Shown: positions 1-12,619, numbered from the whole stretch's first letter. The stretch: 63,088 nt of DNA, filler included, from Thraustochytrium aureum (GCA_012862495.1; 6 parts of 4 records of this genome joined end to end with filler, not necessarily neighbours in it); one strand, 5' to 3'. Notes: generated by a model from the letters alone, not told the origin. A program made the numbers and translations.

Positions 1-133
1 CGCGCGTGGGAAGGAGCGCAGAGCGGGAGCGAGCGCGGAGGACGCGAGGAGAGCAGCGGCAGCAGCAGGGCGATCAACTCGAGAGGCGCGGCGTGGTAGG
101 GCGGAAGGAGCAGAAGAGAGCGAGCAGGTCAAG

Positions 134-2370
134 ATGCTGCGGGTTGCTGCGCGTCGCGGCGCCGCGCTGAAGACGGCCTCGAGCGAAGCTGCCAGCGTGC
201 GGTCTATCTCGACGATCTCGACGATCTCGCCGTACCTGCACGAGACCAAGATCCCGACGTATCACTTTCAGGACTCGCTTCCCAAGCTCCCCGTCCCCAA
301 GCTGGATGATACGCTGAAAAAGTACCTCTACTTTTCACAACCCATGGTGACGGCCGAAGAGCACGCACGCACGCGCGAGCTGGTCGAGTCCTTCCAGAAG
401 AACGAAGGCCAAAGCCTGCAGGAAGAGCTTGCGGAGCTGGACAGCAGAGAGTACACCACCTACTTCAACAAGTGGTGGTTCGACATGTACCTGGAGAGCC
501 GCGCCCCGCTCCCGCTCAACTTCAACCCGCAGGTCACGTTCAAGGATGAGGTTTTGGCGAGCAAGAACGACCAGGCCGTGCGCACCGCCAACCTGATCGC
601 GAGCTCGTGCCGGTTCTACCGCACCCTGCTCGACGAGAAGCTGATTCCTGATATCTTCCACACGGAGCCGGCGAAGAGCGAGACGGCTACGTACGAGACC
701 GTCTGTCGCATGCTTCCGAGGCAGGTCTCCTTTTACGGGTCGTACTTTTTCGGGGCGTACCCGCTCGACATGAGCCAGTACAAGGGCCTGTTCGCGAGCA
801 CCCGGATCCCAAAGCTGGACAAGGACGAGCTTCGCAAGTTTCTCCCGCACCAGTCCAGGCATGTGGTCATCCAGCGCGGTAACGCGTTCTACACCCTCCA
901 AGTCCTCACCGAGGACCTCTCGATCATTGACCATGAGACCATCGAACGCGGCGTGCGCGCGATTCTCCAAGATACGAGCAGCGCGGAAGGCGAGGCGGTG
1001 GGCCTCCTGTCCACTATGGATCGCAATGCCTGGGCGCGCGCGCGCCAAAACATGGAGGAAAACCCGCTCAACAAGGCGTCGCTCGAGGCAATCGACTCTG
1101 CCCTCTTTGCGATCTCGCTCGACGATGCCAAACCCGAGTCGTACGTGGAGGTCTCCGCCTGCATGCTTCACGGCACGAGCCGCAACCGCTGGTACGACAA
1201 GTCGTTCCAGCTGATCGTGGCCGCCAACGGCAAGAGCTCTGTCAACTTTGAGCACTCGTGGGGCGATGGCGTGGCCGTGCTCCGCTACTTTAACGAAGTT
1301 TACAAGGACTCGACTGCCACGGCCGAGCGCAAACCTGTCACTGACGGGCTCCCCGCCGTGGTGACGTCTGGGGCCACGGTTGGGCAGCCGAGCCGCCTCG
1401 TGTTCGACCTGGACGCCTCCACCAAGCAGACGATCGCGGAGGCCGGCAAGGCGTTTGACAAGTCCGTGTCGTCGCTGCAGGTCGGCACGTTTGAGACAGA
1501 GGCCTTTGGCAAGACCTCGCTAAAATCCCTCCAAGTTGGCGGTGACGGCTTCATGCAGATGCTCTTCCAGCTCGCGCACCAGCGCATGAAAGGTTACACC
1601 CCTGCTACGTACGAGTCGGCGAGCACGTCTGCCTTCAAGCACGGGCGCACAGAGACGATCCGCTCCGCCACCCCCGAGGCGGCGGCTTTCGCCAAGGGGT
1701 TCTGCGACGCCTCGGTCGGCAAGGNNNNNNNNNNNNNNNNNNNNNNNNNNNNNNNNNNNNNNNNNNNNNNNNNNNNNNNNNNNNNNNNNNNNNNNNNNNN
1801 NNNNNNNNNNNNNNNNNNNNNNNNNNNNNNNNNNNNNNNNNNNNNNNNNNNNNNNNNNNNNNNNNNNNNNNNNNNNNNNNNNNNNNNNNNNNNNNNNNNN
1901 NNNNNNNNNNNNNNNNNNNNNNNNNNNNNNNNNNNNNNNNNNNNNNNNNNNNNNNNNNNNNNNNNNNNNNNNNNNNNNNNNNNNNNNNNNNNNNNNNNNN
2001 NNNNNNNNNNNNNNNNNNNNNNNNNNNNNNNNNNATCACCAAGGATGCGCTAATGGGCAAGGGGATGGACCGCCACCTCTTTGCGCTGCGCAAGCTCGCC
2101 GAGCAGCGCGACCCTGCCAACATGCCGCTCCTGTACACGGACAAGACCTACCAGGTTTTGAACCACATCATCCTGTCGACCAGCACGCTGGCCAGCGACG
2201 CGCTCTTCGCCGGGGGCTTTGGGCCGGTGAACGAGGATTGCTTTGCGCTTGCGTACGGCATCTCGGACGAGGGCGCGCGCACCTCGGTTGCGACGTACAA
2301 TCTTGGCTCGGACGAGTTTGCGCACCACCTTGACGTGGCCGCCAAGGACATGCTTGCCGCTCTCAAGTAG
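134..2370 (+). CDS. CPT2: Carnitine O-palmitoyltransferase 2, mitochondrial (interrupted by N gap 1725-2034)
   Basis: Arg/Ala/Ser-rich presequence; PTYHFQDSLPKLPVPKL, NRWYDKSFQLIV, catalytic FEHSWGDGVAVLR, TYESASTSAFKHGRTETIR; after the gap GKGMDRHLFAL, LSTS and GGFGPV. Confidence 0.93.
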
Positions 2371-2709
2371 TGAGTGGGTCATCCGGAACAGAGACGCCTT
2401 CGAGTTTCGAGCGGAGGCGATTGCCGACTGGGAGCTTGATTGGTTGCAGCCGTGTTGTGGCCCTGGCCCGCTCCCCCTTCTCTCCAGCAGCTAGGTCCAG
2501 GGAGTAGAGAGTGGCTCTCTCGCTACATGAGAGAGAGCTCTCTAGCTAGAGCTAGCGCCGAGCGCAGAAGGGCGCTTTGCGCGAGCAGCGAGGCGGCGCG
2601 TCAGCGGGGCTGCGCGATGAGCGCGCGCTCGAGGAGGATGCTTCATGTCAACGGGGCCCGAGAAGATCAAAGATCGCAGAACATCAGTTACTAATTTTCA
2701 TATCATCTT

Positions 2710-4567
2710 TCAGTTGCCAGCCGCCTTCGCCGGCGCGAAGGTGCTGTGGAAAAAGGGGTGCGAGAGCGCCTCGGCCGCAGACGGGCGCTGCGACGGGTCC
2801 ACAGACAGCATCCGCGACAGTGCATCGACCGCTAGCTCGCAACGGGCCAACTCCGGGTTGCTCGCAAAGAGGAAGCGCATCACACTGTTCTTGGTGTGCA
2901 TAAACAGCTGCGCGTCACGGTGCGCTTCGCAGTCCGTCGCCAAAGCTGCTGTCGCCTTCCCGTGATCCACAGCAAGGAATAGAGGTTGCTCGCCAAGCCC
3001 ATGCGCATCCGCGCATTGCGTGGCAGGGCCGCCATCCGAGGCGCCAAGGGCCATACTCGGGCTACCAGGCTCTCGGTGCAACCCCGCGTCGTGGCCGCAG
3101 CAGCGCTGGGCGCTGACACGGTCAATCGAGCTTACCCGCTCTCTGAAAAGTTTGCCGTCGCGAAACGCGGCGAGGTCGAGCCCAGGCCCGAAAAAAGCAG
3201 ACCACTCTTGCACGAGCCCCTCCGGGGAGTCGGAGGTAAAAACAGGGCGCCCGGCGCCCGCCTCGAGGAGCGTTAGCGCAGCCGACCAGACGTCAATCTG
3301 CGGCCCAAAGTGGCAACCGAAGAGGACCTCGGGGGCGCGGTAGCGCAGCGTCTGCACCTCGAACTGGTCAAAATAGAGCGATACGTCCGCTAGCTCCATT
3401 GCGTTGCCAAAGTCGATCAGCTTGACGGTCGACCTCGCCAGGTCGAACGAGACGTTGCCGGGCTTGACGTCGGCGTGGATCACGCCCTTGCCGTGCAGAA
3501 AGCTCAGCGCGTGCAATACTTTGAAGGCGACTTGGCGGAGCCCGTGCGTCACGAACGGCGCCGTCCGGCAGACGTCGTGCAGGCAGTTCCCCAAGAGCTC
3601 CAGCACGAGGCAGGCGACGCCGCCGTGCTCGAACAGCTCAATTGGCTCCACGACATGCGCCGCCCCGCCGTGCGCCTGCAGCGTGGACAGAATATCGAAC
3701 TCTTGCGCGGCTAGTTGGGCCAGTTCGCTGCGCACGGCCTTGATTGCGACGAAACGACATGCGTTTTGCGGCGAGCCCGTGCCGCGAAATAGCCTATCCC
3801 GGCAGCACAAGACCTGCGAGATCCTGGTCTTGCGAATACACTCGACGACTTCGTACCGTCCATTCAGCAAGAGGGGCGTTTGGCTCGCCCCTGGCGAATG
3901 ACNNNNNNNNNNNNNNNNNNNNNNNNNNNNNNNNNNNNNNNNNNNNNNNNNNNNNNNNNNNNNNNNNNNNNNNNNNNNNNNNNNNNNNNNNNNNNNNNNN
4001 NNNNNNNNNNNNNNNNNNNNNNNNNNNNNNNNNNNNNNNNNNNNNNNNNNNNNNNNNNNNNNNNNNNNNNNNNNNNNNNNNNNNNNNNNNNNNNNNNNNN
4101 NNNNNNNNNNNNNNNNNNNNNNNNNNNNNNNNNNNNNNNNNNNNNNNNNNNNNNNNNNNNNNNNNNNNCCCTTTCACGGTGTCTGCGTGCACAGCTTTCG
4201 CAGACGTCGTCTCCGCCGGTGTCGGTCGTCGAGCGTCCGCCAGGGCACGGGTTGAGCCGCTCCTGCTCGCCGCCCGCGCTCGCTGCTGCCCGCAGCTCGA
4301 CCGTCTTCTGCACTCGCGCTTGGTCGCCGGGCCGGCCGCAAACTGCCGCACTTGGCCTTGGCGGTCTCGAGTCTGTTCCGGCGTCGGTGGGTTGCTCGCT
4401 CTCGAGGCGCCTGACGATGACAAATTGTGCAAAACCAAAAACCAAAACCATCTCCATCAAAAACCAAAACAAATCAAAACAAAAAACAAACAAAATAAAT
4501 TTATGCTCCAAAACAAAAACAACCACATCCAAGCACCCGCCGCCAGGGAGGGCCTCTCGCTCAACAT
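2710..4567 (-). CDS. Ser/Thr protein kinase, CMGC group (DYRK/HIPK-like); kinase domain about 2740-3865, 5' part tentative across gap 3903-4168 and putative intron 4411-4536
   Basis: VAIK, HADVKPGN, KLIDFG, VQTLRYRAPE, IDVWS and DPSQRPSAAEALSHPFF. The proposed first exon (ATG 4567) splices in frame across a T-rich GT..AG segment. Confidence 0.8.
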
Positions 4568-4610
4568 ATCCCACGCAACGCGTCATCCTCTGCGCCAGCG
4601 CCAAATCATT

Positions 4611-4642
4611 CAAGACTCGCTCAAGACTCGCTCAAGACTCGC
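4611..4642. repeat. 11-bp tandem repeat (CAAGACTCGCT) x3
   Basis: Read directly; lies just upstream of the kinase. Confidence 0.85.
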
Positions 4643-5313
4643 CAACTCGCCGATCTCCCCTGCTCGATCGTCGCGCCTGCCTGAGTACACGGCCTCCCTG
4701 GCAGGATCGCCTCGCAAAACACTGCGGCTCGCTCGCTGCTGAATGCCGAGCCTCCCTGCAAGGGGAACCCACGCGCATGGGGGGAGAACGCGAAACCACA
4801 AGGACAGAAACGAAAGGGAGCGGAAATCGCCACCCACAAAATCTTTCTTTCTTTCTGTTCTGGTGTTGGCTGGGCTGCTTGCACATGGCATGTGCACAAA
4901 TGGCTCAATCGCTCGCTCGAACGCTCGCGGGCAGGCCACGCCAGCTCTAGCCGGCCTGCCCTGGCTGCGCTCCCCGCCGCCTTGCGCTCGCAGCGCCAGC
5001 GAAAGTCGCTCGAAAGCGTTCGGCTTGCTAGCCTTGTGCACCTCTGTTCGTGGAGAAGGCGCGGTGCACAGCTGCTCTGTTCTACCCAAAGTGGGCTGGC
5101 AATCAAGGCAGGCCACGCCGTGGGCGAAGCGCGACACAACTCACTCCGCCCGTGCGGCCTGCCTACTAGTCTCTACTCTGCACGCGAGTGCGCTGCACGG
5201 CTTGCTTGCTTGCTCGCTTGCGTGCTTGTCCAACGCAGCAGGGCGCGTGGACGGTGGACATGTGCACGCAAAACCGTCCAGCGCCGTGAATTGGATATGG
5301 CAATTCGGACCCC

Positions 5314-5345
5314 AGCTCGAGCTCGAGCTCGAGCTCGAGCTCGAG
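5314..5345. repeat. Palindromic hexamer microsatellite (GAGCTC)n at a gap edge
   Basis: AGCTCGAGCTCGAGCTCGAGCTCGAGCTCGAG immediately before the N run. Confidence 0.85.
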
Positions 5346-5946
5346 GCGANNNNNNNNNNNNNNNNNNNNNNNNNNNNNNNNNNNNNNNNNNNNNNNNNNN
5401 NNNNNNNNNNNNNNNNNNNNNNNNNNNNNNNNNNNNNNNNNNNNNNNNNNNNNNNNNNNNNNNNNNNNNNNNNNNNNNNNNNNNNNNNNNNNNNNNNNNN
5501 NNNNNNNNNNNNNNNNNNNNNNNNNNNNNNNNNNNNNNNNNNNNNNNNNNNNNNNNNNNNNNNNNNNNNNNNNNNNNNNNNNNNNNNNNNNNNNNNNNNN
5601 NNNNNNNNNNNNNNNNNNNNNNNNNNNNNNNNNNNNNNNNNNNNNNNNNNNNNNNNNNNNNNNNNNNNNNNNNNNNNNNNNNNNNNNNNNNNNNNNNNNN
5701 NNNNNNNNNNNGGCCGATCCCGCCGCGCAGGCCCCGTAACGGTAACCCTGTTGTCTAGCGCTTGGCTGGCGCGGCTGCGCGGCAGAGTAAGGCGGATCGG
5801 CCGAGCGGCGAGGCGCTCGTCGCGCACGGGGGCGCTGTGACGAGGGCGAGCCGTCTGACGCGAGCAGGACTCGCGGCGCGCGGCGGTTTCGTTACGAGGA
5901 GCAGACACTCGAACGAGTTGGCCCACGCCGAGCAACGCGGAGCGGC

Positions 5947-5996
5947 AGGGCTGCACGGCAGGGCTGCACGGCAAGGCTGCACGGCAAGGCACGGCG
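5947..5996. repeat. About 13-bp imperfect tandem repeat (AGGGCTGCACGGC) x3-4
   Basis: Read directly, upstream of MYCBP. Confidence 0.7.
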
Positions 5997-6171
5997 CGGC
6001 GGGACGAGGTGCGCGCGAGGGAAGCGTAGGTGCAGAGGGTGGATGGATCGAGGGATGGATCGAGGGATGGTGCGGCTCGCTTGCGTTGCAAGGTGGCGCG
6101 GATGGATGTAGGGAGGCTGACGGGCTGGTCGGTGGACGCAGCGAGGCGAAGGGCGCGGCCACGCGGGGAGG

Positions 6172-6508
6172 ATGTCGTCGCACAAGGTAAGGTTGGTGGC
6201 GGAGCGCGCCAAGTGCCGGCTGGCTGGAGGGGCGCTGACGGCCGAACGGCGTGCAGACGTCGGATAGCAAGAAGGAGGAGTTTCGCAAGTACCTGGAGAA
6301 GAGCGGCGTCATTGATGCGCTGACCAAGGTGCTGGTCGGCCTGTACGAGGAGCCCGAGCGGCCTGCCAACGCCGTCGACTACGTCAAGCGGTATATGGGC
6401 GCGTCGGCTGTGGGCGACGCCGAGGCGATCAAGCGGGAGAACGAGGAGCTCAAGCAGCAGCTCAGCGAGCTCAAGCAGCAGCTTGCTGAGGCCAAACAAG
6501 GCGAGTAG
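6172..6508 (+). CDS. MYCBP: c-Myc-binding protein (AMY-1) homolog; exons 6172-6186 and 6257-6508
   Basis: Spliced product MSSHKTSDSKKEEFRKYLEKSGVIDALTKVLVGLYEEPERP followed by a coiled coil. Intron 6187-6256 is GTAAGG..GCTGAC..GCAG. Confidence 0.92.
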
Positions 6509-6908
6509 CGCGCCTCGCCGTGGCAGCGGCACACGGTCAGGGCGGGTGCGGCAGCGGCGGCGCTTGCCGCTTTGTAGCAGGTACATACAGACAGACATTC
6601 ACAGAATCAAGTGAGAAGTGAAGTTCCCACGCCCTGCCGAACAGCCAATCGCTGACCGGCGCAGCACGCTTGCCCTCGCCCACTCCGCTGCTGCTTGTCA
6701 TCGTGCTTGCTTGCCAGCTCGAGCGAGCGAGCGAGCGAACGGGAGGGCTGTCCTCGCCGACGGATTATTTCATAACATGAATCGGTTTGAAAGGCTTGTC
6801 TCTCTAGCTAGCTAGAGCTAGAGCTGAACTTGTGGTACGTAACTTATCGCAGGTCAGTGGGCAGGCTGGAACGGCTGGACATAGAGTACATCTGCAATCC
6901 CTCCACCA

Positions 6909-9900
6909 CTACGCCATGTCCCCAAGACAGTCGAGGCAATCGCCGCAGTCGCAGTCGTCGCAACCCCCGTCGCTGCAACCATCACAGTCGCCACAGTCGC
7001 CACAGTCGCAACAACCGCCGTTGCAACAACCGCCGCCGCCGTCGGCTGCAGCAGCCCCAAGCTCGCCCGCTGGCGCGGCATCACCAATGCCAGCCATGCC
7101 CCCAGCAAGCGTGCCGGCGATGCTCCCGAAAGCCGCGAGGCCAACGATGGAGGCACCCAGCAAGACGAACTTGTGGTTTGTCGGCAACTTGAAACGAAGG
7201 CGGCGCTCCCGCTCGTCCGCGGCCCGCGCCTGAGAGCTATCGAACTCGTCCCTTGAGTACTGCACGGCGACCATCTGCGTGTGCGGGCACGGTATGCTCT
7301 CCGCTACCGCGACGTCCACGCAGCGGCGACGGAGCTGCTCCCCCTTTTCAGACTTGAGGTCGGCGAACCAGGCATCTGCGACGAGCGCCTCGACGTACTG
7401 CTGAGCGAACACCTTGCGCAGCGGGATCGCCGATGTCGCTTGCAAGGGCACTTGCCGACACCACTCGGCGCCTCCGGGGAGCGTGCCCGAGACGCGCACT
7501 ATAGTGCCCGCACCAAGGACGCCGCGGTAGCTGCACGAGACGAAAAGAGGGGCGTGGCAATACAGGTCGGGAACCTTCTCTGGGCACCAAAAAAGCGACT
7601 GCACCGACGAGGTCGCTGCGGCAGAGTCAGCCACATCGGCTTGAGCGGCAGCGTGGACGAGCTCGACGCGGACGTCCTTGAGCACCGGAAGCTGCGCATT
7701 GGCGAACAGCGCCAACATTTGCGGCACGAGGCCCTCGCGCAAAAAACAGACATCAGCGTACCCGCGCCCGACCGAGGCCAGCTTGCGGAGAAAATAAGAA
7801 TTGCAGTCCACCCCGATCCCAAACGTGAACACTCGCGCGAAGGCCGAAATGCGGCCGGCAAACCAGCAGATCTCCCGCTCCTCCTCCACGGCGCCATCCG
7901 TGATGAGAAACACCGACTTGAGGCGCTTCGAGGCACCGGCAATCGCCTCATCGCTGTTGAAGAGGCCCCACATAGCCTGCTTCAGCGGAGAAAGGATGTC
8001 CGTCAGCCCCGCGGGCTCAATGCCTTTCACCCACTCGATGGCCCGTGCCACGTATTCGGGCTTGGCGCGCACGCACACTGGGTTGCTGCGCTTTGGGTCG
8101 CCCTGCGCCGCGGGGGCTCCGCCAGCACGCTTCGGGGCGTCGGACGCTGGATTGAACACCGAGATCGGCGCTGCCCAACTCGACCACCTTGCGTCCTTGG
8201 ACGCACCGGCCGCAGCGGCTTCACTACGCTGCGCAGCAGAAAGCTCGGAATCGCTTCCTGCGAGCTTGGCCAAGAGCCTCTCCACCTCCTCATCGCTGGG
8301 CTCTGGGCAGCAGCCCCCAAACCAAACCTGGCGGTCGTCAAAGCAGCAGATAGCAAACCTGTCTTCCGGGCGCAGCTCGCGAAGAGCGGCGATCAGCGCC
8401 CGCTGGGCGGAAGGGAACACGTTGGTGAACCCCATGGAGCCAGACCTGTCCAAGAGAAAGACGACGTCGCGGGGATACATGGCGTTGTTGGCGGTCGGCT
8501 TGGGCGGCGCGATGAACACCGAGACCACACCGCCTGCGACGTCGACCACCTTGTTCTTGACCAACTCCTTGCTCGGGCGCGTGTCGTGCAGGCCTTGGCA
8601 TTCAATGTCACTTGCCCAGCCTACGTACGACACCTGGAGCTCCCCTGGGCAGTTGCCGGGTTTGTGCGGTCGAGCATGAGGTGGACTCGCGTCATCGCCT
8701 CGTTGACTTGTGCAGCACCACCCGCGCCGAAGGAGGGCGGGTTGCTGTCCAGCACCAGTTTGGGGCCTCGAGAGGACCACGGCGAGAGCTCGGCGTCCAC
8801 GTCCGCGTCACTGACAGAGCCGTCGCTTTGTGACGCCGGGTTCAGCGCCACCTGCTTGTCTGCGCCCCCCGCCGGCGCACTGCCGCTGGCCTCTGCAGGC
8901 CCCGCAGGCGCACTGCTTGCGCTGTCGGCGGAGGCAGAATCGTCGGCATCGCTTCCGCGCGGAAGCGGCAGCAGGCACCGCGGCAGGTCTAGCGAGACGC
9001 GCACATCGAGCACGTCGTTGAGGGCCGCGCCGGCAAGAAACTGCGGGCTCAGGTCGAGCGGGACCGCGAGGCTGTAGCTACCGGCGTCGAACGCGAGGTT
9101 CTCCATGTAGTCGATGCGGATCCGCACCTTTTCGCCCACGCTGAGCCCGTGAAAGGGGAANNNNNNNNNNNNNNNNNNNNNNNNNNNNNNNNNNNNNNNN
9201 NNNNNNNNNNNNNNNNNNNNNNNNNNNNNNNNNNNNNNNNNNNNNNNNNNNNNNNNNNNNNNNNNNNNNNNNNNNNNNNNNNNNNNNNNNNNNNNNNNNN
9301 NNNNNNNNNNNNNNNNNNNNNNNNNNNNNNNNNNNNNNNNNNNNNNNNNNNNNNNNNNNNNNNNNNNNNNNNNNNNNNNNNNNNNNNNNNNNNNNNNNNN
9401 NNNNNNNNNNNNNNNNNNNNNNNNNNNNNNNNNNNNNNNCCAGAAAGCGCGGCAGTCTGTTCCACGATATGCGCCTCAAACACGGGCCCGGACTCTAGCT
9501 CGGCCGAGGTGTAGTTTATCGTCGCAGAGTGCTTTTTGGGCATCTCCAGCACGAAGCCTGTTTTCGAGCGGCTGTGCTCTGCGTCGGCGTCGACCGGGGA
9601 GTCGAACACCCATTCGCCCTCAATATGGACGAACGCTACGGACAGCTGCATCTGCACGTCAACTCGGATCCACAGGGCAGGAACCTCCTTGGCGCTGTGC
9701 GAGCTCAGGGCGACCAGTCGGGGGTGGGCCCCCGGCGCAAACTTTGGCCTGAGGTGTCCGCTCACCACCTCCTGTTGTGGGACCTCGTCGAGCCCTTCCG
9801 CCATCTCGTGGTAGCCAAAGCTGTCATTTTCCGATCCGATCACGGCGGCGCCGCGCTTGGCCCACAGCGCTTTGCCGCTGGAGTCGCCAAACCCGAGCAT
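6909..9900 (-). CDS. VIT-vWA domain protein (inter-alpha-trypsin inhibitor heavy chain-related) with a C-terminal hydrophobic segment and Cys/Asp/Gly tail; frameshift at about 8643, gap 9161-9439
   Basis: MIDAS DVVFLLDRSGSM, GLTDIL, FLITDG, RVFTFGIG..CNSYFLRKLA..GRG, VPDLY..PL. Three ORFs join into one product. Confidence 0.85.
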
Positions 9901-11767
9901 GAGGCCTTGCTCGACCTCCTCCTCTTGGCCAACCCTGCCCTTCTGCGCTGTGTTGCTAGCTACGCGCTTGGGCGCGGGCGGCCGTGCCCTCGCGGCCTCG
10001 GGCCTAGCTCTGCTCCGCTCTGCCCTGGCCTGGCCTGGATTGCCTGAGCTCGTCGCGAACTCGCGCTTTTTCTGCACCGCGATTTGACTGCCTTGTGCTG
10101 GCTTTCGCGGGCCCGCGTCCCCGCACTCTCAAGCGGTGGGCGCTCCGGTTTGGCCGCCCGCCGCCTGCTCTTGGCGTCTCGACGCGAGCGCAGGCGTCCG
10201 CTGCTGACTCACTTGCTTTCCAACAGTGGGGCGAAGTGGCACTCGGCACTCGTCTCGCCTGGGCGAGGGAGGTCGACGGCCGTGGCGCGCGCCTGGCTGC
10301 CCGACCGAGCTTCCAGCGGGCGCAAGGCGGCGCACGGCGCACCACCGGCCTCGGCGTCGAGGTCTTCTTCGTCCGCGCCCTGAGGCTGCTCAAGCACGGT
10401 GCGCCTTGCTCAAAAGCGAGAGAGAACTGGAGGCAGGCAGAGTGCGCGTCAAAAACAACGACTCCAGAGTTGTGCCCGTCCGAGCGAGTCCTCTGCCACT
10501 TGTTTGGAAAGCGCGCCTGGCTGGCTGGCTGGCTGGTGGTGCTCACGCAGGCCGAAGCCGGCGTAGCCGAAGCCGGCGTAGCCGTCCCTCCACCGGCGCG
10601 AACGTCGAGTCCACGAACGAGTACGTCAGCTGTCGCTCGAGCGCCGGACGCCCCACAGTCGACACAGTTTTTGCCCGCGCAGGCAGGAGGCCGACCACCA
10701 GCAGCAGCAGTTTGACGCCAGCGCGATAGCCACCGGTACGGGTAGAGTGGTAGAGTACTCAGTGCAGCGCATCCGATTCGCCTCCCTGCAGAAGCAGCGC
10801 GTTGGCAGACGAGCCGCTGGCAGAGCCGCAGCGCGTCCGAGTTGGTTCGCGCAATTCGATGCAACTGCTGATACCTGAGTACTCTACCTGAGTAAGCAGT
10901 AAGCAAGTAGTAAGCAAGTAGTCACGTGTCCAACCAGGCCACGATGAGCCGCGAGAGCTGAGAGCTCAAACAGTCCGTCGCGGCCCTGACACCCGAGGAG
11001 AGAGAGAGTACGGATACGCAATGGTGCAGGCTCGGCTCGGTTGGTTCACAGTGCACGACTCGGACGGCCGCCTGGGACACCATCATCATCATTCACAATC
11101 TCATTGATCTTGGACATCACGTCCGGAGCTGAAACGAGCCGACAGTTGCACCTCGAATACCATACAAGACCGCGGCAGAATACACGTTTAAAAGGGTTTT
11201 GATCGGCTGGTCTCGTAAGCGGGCACGAGGGGGGATTTACCGACAGGGCGTTTGGTTTCGGCGTAATGCAACCGGGGGAACTGGGATACGCGTGGTCGGG
11301 TGAAGGTTCGCACAGCGCGGCTAGTACACGAACGGCGTCGCGCAGGAAAAGCGAGCTCTTTTTGGAGAGGTCGCGATTTGCGAGCCGCGCGCTGGATCCT
11401 ACTACGTGGTTGAGTACGGAAAACACCATCAACTGCCAGCTGGCAGGCGCGCTCGTTTCATGACAGCGGTCGCGCTCATCCGTTGGGTTGTGGAGGTGGT
11501 GGTGGTGGAGCTACTCGAGTACTGTACGAGCAGAGTACTGTGGAGTAGAGTAGAGTACCTTCTCGGGCGCTCGTCACTCTGCAATGATCCAACAGATGCA
11601 GCAACCCACACTCACGATTTGCGAGTCAGTCCAGCTCGTCGCGGCGGCTGCTGCTTTCGCACGATGTGGTGAGACCAGCGACAGGCCCGGAGCTCGAGAG
11701 AGATTCGAAGAATTGCAAGCGCTGCAATTGGGACAACAGATCCTCAACGCAACACGGTCAACGCAAG

Positions 11768-12484
11768 ATGATGGACCTATCGGGCGCCCCACAAACACTG
11801 TTGAGGGCCGAGATGAGCGGCGTGCAAGTTGTCAGGATCGAGATGGACTGCTGGGCCTGCAAGTTTCCCAGCCGCGGGCTCGTGGACAAGGTCGCACCGC
11901 GGCTTGGGCCCAACGGGCGAGCCGAGCTGGAAGGCATCGTTGCAGAACTGAACAGGTGCTTGCACAAAATGCGCAAGAACCGCAGGGCACTGGTCACGTG
12001 CGCGCTGGCGGGCATGCTGATTGTGCCGCTGGCACCCATGGTCTACTTTGCGGCCAAAAAGGAGCGCGCCATCGACGCCTCCCTGGCAGAGGCAAAGCTC
12101 TTTTGCAAAGCTCTCAACGCCCGCCTCGCACTCCGAGGCGTACTAGACGTCCGCTTCAGCATTTGTGAGCGCAGGTACACGAGCCGCGACACACAGGGAA
12201 AGCAAAGCACCACTCGGGTGCCCTGCCTCGTAATTGCGATGGTTCCGACGTCGCCGGGTGGGCTGGCGAACGCGGCTGTCAAGTGTGCGGCGGATCTGCG
12301 GCCGGCCGTGGCTCGCCGTCCGGTCATGGTGCGGCTCTCCTCTGCGCAAACCTCGCTTCCATGCCACGCCTCGTGCGAGAAGCTGACGCTCCAGGAGATC
12401 TTACTCGAGCGGCAAGGCATGCTTGGCGCGGCCACCATTGGCAAGGAACGACTCCAAATCTTCAACAACTTGTCAGTGTACTGA
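11768..12484 (+). CDS. Putative ERF4/Golgin-A7/CHIC-like protein
   Basis: IVAELN, a central hydrophobic stretch ALVTCALAGMLIVPLAPMVYF, then LNARLALRGVLDVRF, matching the layout of the Erf4 domain. Confidence 0.5.
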   Translation: MMDLSGAPQTLLRAEMSGVQVVRIEMDCWACKFPSRGLVDKVAPRLGPNGRAELEGIVAELNRCLHKMRKNRRALVTCALAGMLIVPLAPMVYFAAKKERAIDASLAEAKLFCKALNARLALRGVLDVRFSICERRYTSRDTQGKQSTTRVPCLVIAMVPTSPGGLANAAVKCAADLRPAVARRPVMVRLSSAQTSLPCHASCEKLTLQEILLERQGMLGAATIGKERLQIFNNLSVY

Positions 12485-12619
12485 TGAAACTAATCGGCCG
12501 GGGGCTGCTGGCGGCAGGGAGCTGCTGGCGGCCGCACGTTGCGTAGTGGCAAACACAGCATGTACAGTTTCTCCGCCCCACCCCTCTTCAACGTTGCGTC
12601 CGCGCGCGCAAATGCCAAG

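Noticed and set aside
7281..9077. Long antisense ORFs (also 17671-19296, 31312-33573, 59423-60877 and others)
   Set aside because: These are shadow ORFs expected from high GC and codon bias opposite real genes, and they carry no motifs.
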